Below, piece by piece: positions 1 through 8,720 of a stretch of 19,632 bases of DNA. This stretch comes from Chthoniobacteraceae bacterium. GTDB taxonomy: Bacteria; Verrucomicrobiota; Verrucomicrobiia; Chthoniobacterales; Chthoniobacteraceae. The notes beneath the pieces are model-generated. The model saw only the letters and a list, made by a program, of their open reading frames with translations. It searched no databases and had not been told where the DNA came from. The position numbers and the translations under genes are program-made. Each line of letters begins with the position of its first letter. Positions within the stretch are counted from its first letter, which is position 1. The DNA is taken from contig JANNWY010000150.1 in assembly GCA_031409335.1 (NCBI GenBank), positions 1-19,632 on the forward strand, in the 5' to 3' direction.

Positions 1-112
1 AGCGGAGCCCCCTCGGCAGAACCACCCACAAAGCAGCTCCCGTATTGACCTCAATCCCCGAATCATCCACCACTCTCACACGCCACCCCGCCATAGCTTA
101 ATTGCTAGCCAC
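1..112 (+). mobile_element. Possible right (3' non-coding) end of an insertion sequence, perhaps IS110/IS1111-like, inserted into the IS1595 remnant
   Basis: C-rich stretch unlike host coding DNA, with a GGAGC(4-8)/GCTCC(36-40) stem and TTGACC at 45-50. It ends ...GCTTAATTGCTAGCCAC immediately before IS1595 transposase similarity starts abruptly at 114. The family assignment is pattern recall only. Confidence 0.25.
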
Positions 113-113
113 T

Positions 114-243
114 CTGGCCGGATTCCGGGGTCCACCTCACACCTCAAGGAATCCGAATGGCGTTGGAACCATCGTCACGATAATCTTTACCTCTTCCTCC
201 TCAAAAACCTCCGCTCAGAACCCCTCTAAAGTTACTAAGACCC
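114..243 (+). mobile_element. IS1595-family (ISXO2-like) transposase 3' remnant with right end
   Basis: LAGFRG (114-131), then after a frame change HLKESEWRWNHRHDNLYLFLLKNLRSEPL* (140-229). This matches the IS1595 C-terminal motif RLAKFRG..F.LHLKE.E(F/W)R(F/W)N.R. It is followed by AGTTACTAAGACCC (230-243, putative terminal repeat) and AT-rich TCAACAAA (candidate 8-bp target duplication). Confidence 0.7.
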
Positions 244-627
244 TCAACAAATAGATGGGCGACGGCTTTCTGGCGCGACGGAGCCGCTGCGCCTGCGGAA
301 GTCTCCGCTGCGCTCATCGGGTTTCGCGATTTGCAAAGCTGCGCGCATCTTGCGTTTCGCATTGTGATTCATCGCGGCGTCGTGGCCGTCGGCGGAGCAC
401 CCACGCTCGGTGAGGAACGTCTGATGAGCGGAGACCTCGCGTTCGCCTTCCGCATCGAAAAGCTCGCCGGCTCGCTCGGGCTGCCGTTTCTCATCACTCC
501 AGCCGCCGCCGCCGGCCTCGCGCCCCATCTTGTCATGGTGCCCGTTCCAGGGCGTCACGACATCAAGGGCTTTCCGCCGGTCGAAGGGCTGGCGACAATT
601 CCGCTAGTTGACGATCCCGCAAGTTGA
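244..627 (+). pseudogene. Class III adenylate/guanylate cyclase catalytic domain, 5'-truncated with a nonsense codon and a frameshift
   Basis: NK*MGDGFL (246-272) matches the cyclase K(Y/F)xGDG motif with TAG at 252-254. After a frameshift near 268: FWRDG...AFRIVIHRGVVAVGG...EERLMSGDLAFAFRIEKLA...HDIKGF, corresponding to the RIGIHxG, GxxVNxAxR(L/M)E and LKG motifs. Confidence 0.75.
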
Positions 628-715
628 GAAGATTCGGTCGCAAGGTGTGATTCCAGATGGCCTAACGCTTGCGAGCTTGCGCAGCACCATTCCCGACGCG
701 CTAAACTCTCGGCTT

Positions 716-3700
716 ATGAGCGCTGACTTTGATCCCACTCTGATCGATCGCACCGTCGCGCTTGCGCGCGTCCTGCAACTGCGTGCGTCGGAGCTGCAGA
801 CGCCGCCCGAGCGCAGGCAGCAGGCGGAGCTGGATCGGATGCTGCAGACGCCCGGCGATCTCGCGACGCTGGTACAAATGACGGATCAATCGTTCCGCTC
901 GAAGACGCCGGCGCGCACCGTCAATCAATTCACGCACATCCTCGATGTGCAGGGCATCCCGCGCTTTTTCAGTCCGCTCGATCGCGCGCTGCTTTTCGGA
1001 TTCCAATCCTTCGGCGGATGGATGCCGGGGGTCGCGGTGCCCCTGGTGAAGGAGCGGATGCAGCAGGAAACGGCGAACGTCGTACTGCCAGCGGAGGCGG
1101 AAATGCTGACGCCACATTTGCGCTCACGGACGGAGGCCGGGCTGCGGATGAATGTGAATTTCCTCGGTGAGGCGCTGCTCAGTGAGGCGGAGGCGGAGCG
1201 GCGGCTCGCACGTTACCTCGAGGCGCTGGCGCTGCCGGAGATCGAGGTGATCTCGGTGAAAATCTCGACGCTGTATTCGCAAATCTCGCCACTCGCTCGC
1301 GAGGTGACGATCGACGTTTTGTATGCGCGGCTGGAGGTGCTTTATCGCGCGGCGGCGAGCGCGCGTTTCGTGCGTCCCGATGGCACGAGCGTCCCAAAAT
1401 TCGTCTATCTCGACATGGAGGAATATCGCGACCTCCGGCTGACGGCGGAGACTTTCATGCGCACGCTCGACCGACCCGGACTGGACCGTGTGGAGGCCGG
1501 GATCGCTCTCCAGGCTTACATCCCGGACTCGGCCGCGATGCAGCGCACGATCAATGAATGGGCGCGGAAGCGGGTGGCGCGCGGCGGTGCGGCGGTGGTG
1601 ATCCGGCTCGTGAAAGGGGCGAATATGGAGATGGAACGAGTCGAGGCGAGCCTGCGCGGGTAGCCGCAGGCGCCGTTCAAAACGAAGCGTGAGACCGACG
1701 CGAACTACAAGCGGATGCTCGTGGAGGCGATGAAGCCGGAGAACCTCGCGGCAGTGCGGATTGGCGTGGCTTCGCACAATCTTTTCGATGTGGCATTCGC
1801 GCTCATGCTGACGGCGGAAAACAAGGCGGATGATCGCGTGCAGTTTGAAATGCTGGAAGGCATGGCGAATCACCAGCGGCGCGCGATCGAGGCGGAAACG
1901 CGCAGCGTTCTCCTTTACGCACCCGCTTGTCTGAAGGCGGATTTCGTTCACGCGATCGGGTATCTGATCCGTCGTCTCGATGAGAACACGGGCGAGGAAA
2001 ATTTCCTGCGCCACACGTTCAAGCTCGTCGTGGACAGCGACGACTGGCTCGCGCTGGAGCGCGGCTTTCGCGCGGCGTTCACCGCGGTGCCGGACGCTCC
2101 ACGGCGAACGCAGGATCGTCTCACCACGCCCGCGCCCGCGCCACTTCCCGAGATGCAGTGGAATGAATTTCGCAACGAGCCCGACACGGATTTCACGCTG
2201 CCACAAAACGTGCATGGGCGGAACAACTCGCGGCGCGATGGCTGGCGCGCGTGGCGGACATTCCGCTGGTCGTCGATGGCGTCGAGATTCGCGACGGGCA
2301 AACACGGCGCGAGTGCCGAGATCCGTCGCGCCCCGGCGTTTCGCTTGGTTCGCGTTCCGAAGGCAACGACGAGGCCGTCGAGCGGGCCGTCGCGTGCGCG
2401 GTGCGCGACGAAGATGGCTGGCGTGCGATGTCCCTCGACGCCCGATCCGCGATTCTCGGGAAGGTCGCGGACGAACTCCGCCGCGCGCGCGCGGACCTGA
2501 TCGGCGCTGCCCTCGCGAACGCAGGAAAGACGATCGGCGAGGCCGACCCGGAAGTTTCCGAGGCGGTCGCTTTCGTGGAATTCTACCGCGCCTCGGCCCG
2601 CCGCTGGACCGGATTGAAACAGGTGGCGACACGTGGCAAGGGCGTGATCGTGGTCGTGTCGCCGTGGAATTTTCCGATCGCAATTCCGTGCGGTGGAATC
2701 GCCGCCGCGCTCGCCGCGGGAAACACGGTGATCCTGAAACCCGCGTCCGACGCGGTGCTCGTCGCGTGGGAATTGTGCCAGTGTTTCTGGCGCGCGGGAG
2801 TTTCAAAAAAGACCCTGCAATTCCTCCCCTGCCCCGGTGCCAGCGTCGGGGAAAAGCTGGTGCTCCACGCGGATGTCGATGGCGTGATTCTCACCGGCGG
2901 CACGGATACCGCGCTGCGGATGCTTCACGAGAAACCGGCGCTGCAACTCGTCGCGGAAACCGGCGGAAAAAACGCGACGATCGTCACTGCGCTCTCCGAT
3001 CACGAGCAGGCGATTCGCAATGTGCTGCACTCGGCATTCAGCCACAGCGGGCAGAAATGTTCCGCGACTTCGCTGCTGCTGCTGGAGGCCGAGATTTACG
3101 ATGATCCCGCGTTTCGGAATGCACTCCGCGAAGCAGTGGAAAGTCTGCGCGTCGGGTCGGTGTGGGATTTTTCCACGCGCATCGGCCCGCTCATCCGCCC
3201 GCCATCCGGCGAACTCGAATGGGCGCTGACCTCGCTCGATGAAGGCGAGGAATGGCTGGTAAAACCACGCCGCGATCCGGTGAATCCGCACCTCTGGTCG
3301 CCCGGCGTGAAGTATGGCGTGCAGGCCGGAAGCCGCTCGCATTGCACGGAATTTTTCGGCCCCGTGCTCAGCGTCATGCGCTTCACTTCACTCGATGAAG
3401 CGATCAATCTCGTGAATGAAACCGGCTACGGGCTGACGTCCGGTATCGAGAGTCTCGACGAGCGCGAGATCGAGCACTGGCGCGCGCATGTCCGCGCGGG
3501 CAATCTTTACATCAATCGCCCGACCACCGGCGCGATCGTGCTGCGCCAGCCCTTCGGCGGATTCGGCAAATCGCACATCGGCCCCGGCATGAAAGCGGGC
3601 GGGCCAAACTACCTCGCGCAATTCATGACATTCGAGGAACACCTGCACGAAACTCCCGGTCGGAATATCGAACATCCGCGGCTCGAACATTTGCGAATGC

Positions 3701-4293
3701 ACATCCGCGGACGCGCGCCGGATGAGCCGGAAATGGGACGACTCATCACCGCGATCGAGAGCTACGACCGCGCGCGGACGGATGAGTTTAGCCAGGAGCA
3801 CGATCACTTTCGCCTGATCGGCGAGGACAACGTGCGGCGCTATCCCGCGTTCCGGGAAGTGCGCATCCGCATTCATCCCGACGACACGTTTTTTGAAATC
3901 TTCGCGCGCACCTGCGCGGCAAAGGCGGCGGGATGTCGCATCACCGTGAGCAGCCCGCCCGATCTCGACCTTGCGCCCGTCCTCCTCCTGGAAAGCCTCA
4001 CGGAGCCGTGGGCGGGCGCGATCGAATTCATCGAGGAAACCGACGAACATCTCGCCAATGCGATCCAGCATCACCGCACGCGCCGCATTCGCTACGCCGC
4101 CCCGGCGCGCGTGCCCGCGATCGTGCGAAGCGCCGCTGCAGAGAGCGGCTTCTTCATCGCGGACGCGCCGGTCCTTGTGGAAGGCCGCGTGGAAATGCTT
4201 TGGTATCTGCGCGAACAGAGCGTCAGCCATTCCTACCACCGCTACGGAAACCTCGGAGTCCGCACCCGCGAGCAGCGGGCGGAGCCGCTGTGA
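716..4293 (+). pseudogene. putA: Bifunctional proline dehydrogenase / P5C dehydrogenase PutA, interrupted by an in-frame TAG (1661-1663) and a 1-nt frameshift (~2210)
   Basis: PRODH motifs NVNFLGE, SVKIS, LDMEEY, LQAY, RLVKGA, ASHNLFD, FEMLEGM, YLIRRLDEN. ALDH motifs SPWNFP, ETGGKNA, FSHSGQKCSA, EFFGP, QPFGG. The three ORFs join: RG*PQAPF in one frame, then PQN to AWAEQLAARW across the shift. Likely start is ATG 716. Confidence 0.92.
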
Positions 4294-4299
4294 CGCGAA

Positions 4300-4326
4300 G
4301 TAGGCTGTGACTTCAGTTGGCACAGC
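4300..4326 (+). repeat. GTAG-type REP-like hairpin
   Basis: GTAG (4300-4303) immediately followed by the perfect 6-bp inverted repeat GCTGTG(4304-4309)/CACAGC(4321-4326), just after the putA stop. Confidence 0.4.
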
Positions 4327-4383
4327 AGGAGAGTCCCACCGCGCTCACATTCAGGCAATGAAGTGGCGCGGATGATCGCACGA

Positions 4384-4411
4384 TTGGCTTTCCGAAAAGT
4401 TTCGGCATCAT
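4384..4411 (+). promoter_or_regulatory. Putative sigma70 promoter of add with a palindromic operator-like site in the spacer
   Basis: TTGGCT(4384-4389)-16 nt-CATCAT(4406-4411)-6 nt-ATG. CCGAAA-AG-TTTCGG at 4392-4405. Confidence 0.4.
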
Positions 4412-4417
4412 CCGCAC

Positions 4418-5491
4418 ATGGCATTTGACATTCAGCAGCTTCCGAAAGTCCTCCTTCACGAACATCTCGACGGAGGATTGAGGCCCCAGACGGTCATCGA
4501 TCTGGCGAAGTCCGTGGGCTATGCGCAGCTTCCGACCGACCATGCCGACGAGCTGGGCGCGTGGTTTCATCGCGGCGCAAACCGCGGCTCGCTGCCACTC
4601 TATCTGGAAGGTTTCGCGCACACGATCGCCGTGATGCAGACGCGGGCAGGCATCGAGCGCGTGGCGTTTGAATTCATCGAGGATATGTTTCACGATGGGG
4701 TCGTTTACGCCGAAGTCCGTTTCGCGCCGTGCTTTCATCGGGAGCGCGGGCTCACCGACGAAGCGATCGTGCAATCCGTGATCGACGGGCTGAATCGCGG
4801 GAAAGAAAATTACGGCGTCGAGTGGGGCATCATTATCTGCGCGATGCGCAACATGACCGACTCGCTGGAAGCCGCGGAACTCGCCATCGACTTTCGCTCG
4901 CGTGGAGTCGTCGGCTTTGACCTCGCGGGTGAAGAGGCCGGGTATCCGCCGAAGAAACACGTCGCCGCGTTTCAGGCGATCCAGCAGGCAAATTTCAATA
5001 GCACGCTGCACGCGGGCGAGGCCTTCGGCGTGGCATCCATCTGGCAGGCGCTGCAACTCTGCGGCGCGCACCGTCTCGGCCACGCCACGCGGCTCACCGA
5101 CGACATGACGATCATCGACGGGAAAATCGTGAAGCTCGGCACGCTCGCGCAATACGTCCTCGACCGCCGCATCCCGCTCGAAATGTGCCTCTCGAGCAAC
5201 GTCCACACGGGCTCCGTCGCCACGATGAAAGACCATCCGTTCCGGCTCTACTTTGACCGCGGCTTCCGCGTCACCATCAACACCGACGACCGGCTGATGA
5301 GCAACACGAGCATGACGAAGGAATTCCAAATCGCCGTCGATGAATTCGGACTGACGCTGGCGGATTTGGAAAAGATCACGATCAACTCGATCAAGAGCGC
5401 GTTCATCCCATTCGATGACCGTCTGCGGCTGATCTACAAAGTGATCAAACCCGGCTACGCGAAGATTCGCGACGCGATGAAGGAGGCGTAG
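4418..5491 (+). CDS. add: Adenosine deaminase
   Basis: LPKVLLHEHLDGGLRP, YAEVRFAP, GFDLAGEE, TLHAGE, RLGH, LEMCLSSN and INTDD motifs of the adenosine deaminase amidohydrolase family; 357 aa. Confidence 0.93.
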   Translation: MAFDIQQLPKVLLHEHLDGGLRPQTVIDLAKSVGYAQLPTDHADELGAWFHRGANRGSLPLYLEGFAHTIAVMQTRAGIERVAFEFIEDMFHDGVVYAEVRFAPCFHRERGLTDEAIVQSVIDGLNRGKENYGVEWGIIICAMRNMTDSLEAAELAIDFRSRGVVGFDLAGEEAGYPPKKHVAAFQAIQQANFNSTLHAGEAFGVASIWQALQLCGAHRLGHATRLTDDMTIIDGKIVKLGTLAQYVLDRRIPLEMCLSSNVHTGSVATMKDHPFRLYFDRGFRVTINTDDRLMSNTSMTKEFQIAVDEFGLTLADLEKITINSIKSAFIPFDDRLRLIYKVIKPGYAKIRDAMKEA

Positions 5492-5525
5492 CCGGTTCGC
5501 CACAGAGCGGTGCCATCCGCCTTCG

Positions 5526-6437
5526 TTACTTCAAAATCATGCCGTCGCGCAGCACGCGCAGGACGAGTTCCTCGAACGGCACGGCGGTCGTGACCTGTGC
5601 ATAGCCGACGCCGCGGCGCAGGCAAAAGGCCTCGACGTTTTCCAGAAACGAATCGATCTCGCGCTCGTAGCGGCGGAGCATCGCCTCGTTCGCGGTGACC
5701 TCGAAGATTTCGCCGGTCTCCGCCTCCACCAGCCGCAGATCGCCACTGTCGCGCGGGCGCAATTCCGCGGGGTCGAGTGGCTGGATGACGTGGACTTCAA
5801 AGTTGTTGTAGCGCAGCAGCGCGAGCGCTTCCTCGTAGCCAGCACGATCGAATAAATCGCTGATGAGAAAGACGAGCCCGCGCCGTTTCATCCGCTGCGC
5901 GAAAGCCTTCGCACTCGGCAGCAGGCCGGTGCTGGCTCCGTTTGGCGATGGGGCGCGCTGGATGAAATCGAGGACTTTGTGGAACTGCGATTTGCCGCGC
6001 GTGAGCCCCATGTCGCCGAGCAGCAGATCGGCGAACCAGAGCACATTCACGCGGTCGAGATTGGCGAGGCCGATGTAGGCGAGCGACGCGGCGATGCGGC
6101 GTGCCTGGTCGAATTTGGATGTCGTGGAATCGCCAGCCGCTTTCCACCGCATCGACGCGCTCGCGTCGATGAGCAGGTAAATCTGCAAGTCCTGCTCCTG
6201 CTCGTAGAGCTTTACGAAAAGCCGGTCGAGCCGCCCGTAGATGTTCCAGTCGATCGAGCGCAGGTCGTCGCCGATGCTGTAGTTCCGGTAGTCCGCGAAT
6301 TCCAGGCTGGAGCCGTTCTGGCGGCTTTTGCGTTCCGCGCGATGCGCGCCGCGGAAGAGCTTTTTGGAAAGCAGGTAAAGTTGTTCGAGCTTCGCGAGGA
6401 AGGCGGAATCGAAAATCAGCGGTGCGGCGGTTTGCAA
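5526..6437 (-). CDS. DUF58 domain protein (vWA-like, usually MoxR-associated)
   Basis: G.S.EFADYRNY..GDDLRSIDWNIYGR...LFVKLYEQE, LLIDASASM, and FLISDL motifs; TTG start. Confidence 0.9.
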   Translation of the reverse strand: MQTAAPLIFDSAFLAKLEQLYLLSKKLFRGAHRAERKSRQNGSSLEFADYRNYSIGDDLRSIDWNIYGRLDRLFVKLYEQEQDLQIYLLIDASASMRWKAAGDSTTSKFDQARRIAASLAYIGLANLDRVNVLWFADLLLGDMGLTRGKSQFHKVLDFIQRAPSPNGASTGLLPSAKAFAQRMKRRGLVFLISDLFDRAGYEEALALLRYNNFEVHVIQPLDPAELRPRDSGDLRLVEAETGEIFEVTANEAMLRRYEREIDSFLENVEAFCLRRGVGYAQVTTAVPFEELVLRVLRDGMILK

Positions 6438-6482
6438 AGCGCGGAGAGGATGCGTGCGAAGCGGTCGCCGGGCAATCGCTGG

Positions 6483-7871
6483 TTACTGCGCCTGCGTTGT
6501 TTTCGCCGCCGCCGCTTTCATCGTCGGCGTTTTATAGTTCGGCGGAAGCGGCGGAATTTTCGCGGCGCCGGTCACTTCATCCCAGGAGAGTTTTCGCTTT
6601 TCCACCAAACCGACGCCGGCCTCGTAAATCTCGATCGCCACGGCGGGCTGGGCACCAGCGGTGTCGATGTCGAAGACGCAGATCATCTTGCCATGATCGT
6701 GCAGCGAAAAAATCCCGGGTGCGATTTGCGCGGGAGCGTTCGGGCTGCCGATCGGGCCGGAGCAGACTTCGATGAAGCCTTCCGGGAGTTGATACGCCGC
6801 TGTGAAATGGCGGTCGCCGGAAAGCAGCAGCACGTTTTTCATCCCGTGCTCCGCCAGCAGGTCGAAGATTTCCTTGCGCTCGCGCGGAAAACTTTTCCAC
6901 GAATCCTCGCTGCCATTGACATGCCATTCCCCGCCGGCCGCGAGCACTTTGAGCGTGGCCTTCGATGCGACGAGTTCGCGCTTCAGCCACGCGAGCTGTT
7001 TCGCGCCGAGCATCGTTTTGTTTTCGTCGTTCGCCGCTTTGTTCGGCGAGCGATGGTAGCGGTCGTCGAGCAGGAAGAAGTCGATGTCGCCCCGCGTGAA
7101 TTTGAAATAGACGCCGGGATTTTCCGGCTCGCCGAACGCGGGATTGGCAAAGAATTCCTTGAACGTGCGCAGCGACGATTCCTTGTCCTTTTGCGTGCCA
7201 TCGCTGTCGTTCACACCAAAGTCGTGGTCGTCCCAGATCGCGTACATCGGGGTGCGCTGGAAAAGCGAACGGAAGCCCGCGTTGTCGCGATGGGCGGTGA
7301 AAGCCGCGCGCTGTTTCTCCGGGTCGGGAGTGTTTGCGTAATGATTGTCGCCGAGCAGCAGCACGAGATCGACGGGCGTGCGCGCATCGACATCCGCCCA
7401 CAGCGCCGCATCCAGCCACGGCTCCTTGCCGACGCACGATCCGAACGCAAAACGAACCCGCCCTTTCGACCCATCCTCTGGCGCAGTGACAAATGACGGC
7501 CACGGACGCGAAGTCGCAGCCTGCCCGTCCAACAGCACGCCGTAGAAATAGCGCGTCGCTGGTTTCAAACCTTTGAGCAACGCAATGCCGGTGAACGCGG
7601 ATGCCGCCTCGAGCGATGCGCCCTCGACGGTTTGCGGCGCGGCCAGATCCGCCTGCTCACTCGCGCGCACGCTCCATTTCGCCGCGCCGGTCGCCTGGAT
7701 CCAGATGCGCGCATCGGTCGAAGAAACATGACCGAGCATGGGCGCGAGCTGTAGATAGGATGGGCCGGGCTGCGGTGGTGGAATGACGGGCGCAACGGTC
7801 GATTTACCGTAGTCGTCAGCGGCGAATGATGTGGCGGCAAAGAGGGTGGCGAGGACGAAAGTTCGGATCAT
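6483..7871 (-). CDS. Alkaline phosphatase D (PhoD)-family phosphoesterase, secreted
   Basis: Signal peptide MIRTFVLATLFAATSFA; FAFGSC, LLLGDNHY, IWDDHD, LDDRYHR, MLGAKQLAWL and LLSGDRH motifs. Start placed at ATG 7871. Confidence 0.88.
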   Translation of the reverse strand: MIRTFVLATLFAATSFAADDYGKSTVAPVIPPPQPGPSYLQLAPMLGHVSSTDARIWIQATGAAKWSVRASEQADLAAPQTVEGASLEAASAFTGIALLKGLKPATRYFYGVLLDGQAATSRPWPSFVTAPEDGSKGRVRFAFGSCVGKEPWLDAALWADVDARTPVDLVLLLGDNHYANTPDPEKQRAAFTAHRDNAGFRSLFQRTPMYAIWDDHDFGVNDSDGTQKDKESSLRTFKEFFANPAFGEPENPGVYFKFTRGDIDFFLLDDRYHRSPNKAANDENKTMLGAKQLAWLKRELVASKATLKVLAAGGEWHVNGSEDSWKSFPRERKEIFDLLAEHGMKNVLLLSGDRHFTAAYQLPEGFIEVCSGPIGSPNAPAQIAPGIFSLHDHGKMICVFDIDTAGAQPAVAIEIYEAGVGLVEKRKLSWDEVTGAAKIPPLPPNYKTPTMKAAAAKTTQAQ

Positions 7872-8014
7872 GGGAAGCTGGACGGTGAGGAGAGATTGTG
7901 GGTGAAAGCGAAAGGCGGGAAGAGTTTTCAGCGGCATCGCCGGAACGTGCGACAGCGTCGGATTTCAAAAAAAACGCCTTGTCCACGCCGCCTTTCCCGG
8001 GGCGTATTGCCGCG

Positions 8015-8713
8015 ATGCGAACTTTCGCGATTCTCCTGCTGCTGGTCATCATCGCGGCGGCTTGGTTTTACATCAAACGCCGCCCCAGCGCCCCGTCGCG
8101 CATCACCCGCGGGGAAACGCTCGCGATCGCGGAGAGCTACGTGACGCACGGATGGATTCCCGCCGAGGCGAATGCCTTTCATGGCGTCGATCCCGATGGC
8201 ATCCGCGTCGATACACCCGATGCGAATTTTCAGCCCGCGGATGACGACCGGGGCTGGTGGATCGCGGGGCAGCGCAATGTCGGGTTGCCCTACAAATGGG
8301 GCGGATTCGATACGCCGGAGGAGTTCGATCGCGGCCTGCGCGCGGGCCGGTTTGCGGGTGATGTGTATAGCGCGGAAAAGCGCCGCCTGCTCGACGACGC
8401 GGTGAGCACCCACGCCGTCGGGATCGATTGCAGCGGCTACATCTCGCGCTGCTGGCGGCTGCCCCGCAGCTACTCGACGCGCGAGCTTCCGCAGCTCTGC
8501 GAGCCCATCGCGGACCTCGCGCGACTTGAGCCAGGCGACATCTTTAACACGCACAATTCGCACGTCCGCCTCTTCGCCGCATGGGCCGATGCCGCGCGCA
8601 CTACGGCGCACGTGTATGAGGCCAAAGCCCGCGTCGTCCGCCGCGACATCCCGCTCCAGCAGATGCTCGACGAAGGCTATTCCGCCTGGCGCTACCGCGG
8701 GATGCGGAAGTAA
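8015..8713 (+). CDS. Membrane-anchored NlpC/P60-like (papain-fold) putative cell-wall peptidase
   Basis: N-terminal hydrophobic helix; GLPYKWGG, GIDCSGYISRCW, PGDIF and SHVRLF motifs (Cys-His dyad). Confidence 0.7.
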   Translation: MRTFAILLLLVIIAAAWFYIKRRPSAPSRITRGETLAIAESYVTHGWIPAEANAFHGVDPDGIRVDTPDANFQPADDDRGWWIAGQRNVGLPYKWGGFDTPEEFDRGLRAGRFAGDVYSAEKRRLLDDAVSTHAVGIDCSGYISRCWRLPRSYSTRELPQLCEPIADLARLEPGDIFNTHNSHVRLFAAWADAARTTAHVYEAKARVVRRDIPLQQMLDEGYSAWRYRGMRK

Positions 8714-8720
8714 CAGCGCG

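Noticed and set aside
252..1663. TAG reassignment or readthrough, suggested by in-frame TAGs in the cyclase and putA
   Set aside because: The two TAGs stand for different expected residues (Tyr and Trp). TAG ends add (5489-5491) and the pseudouridine synthase (10885-10887) normally, and both interrupted genes also carry frameshifts.
2200..2222. Programmed -1 frameshift in putA
   Set aside because: CCACAAAAC is not a canonical X XXY YYZ slippery heptamer, and the upstream TAG would stop ribosomes first.
4294..4417. Purine riboswitch upstream of add
   Set aside because: The purine aptamer consensus and an expression platform are absent, and the candidate promoter lies downstream of the hairpins.
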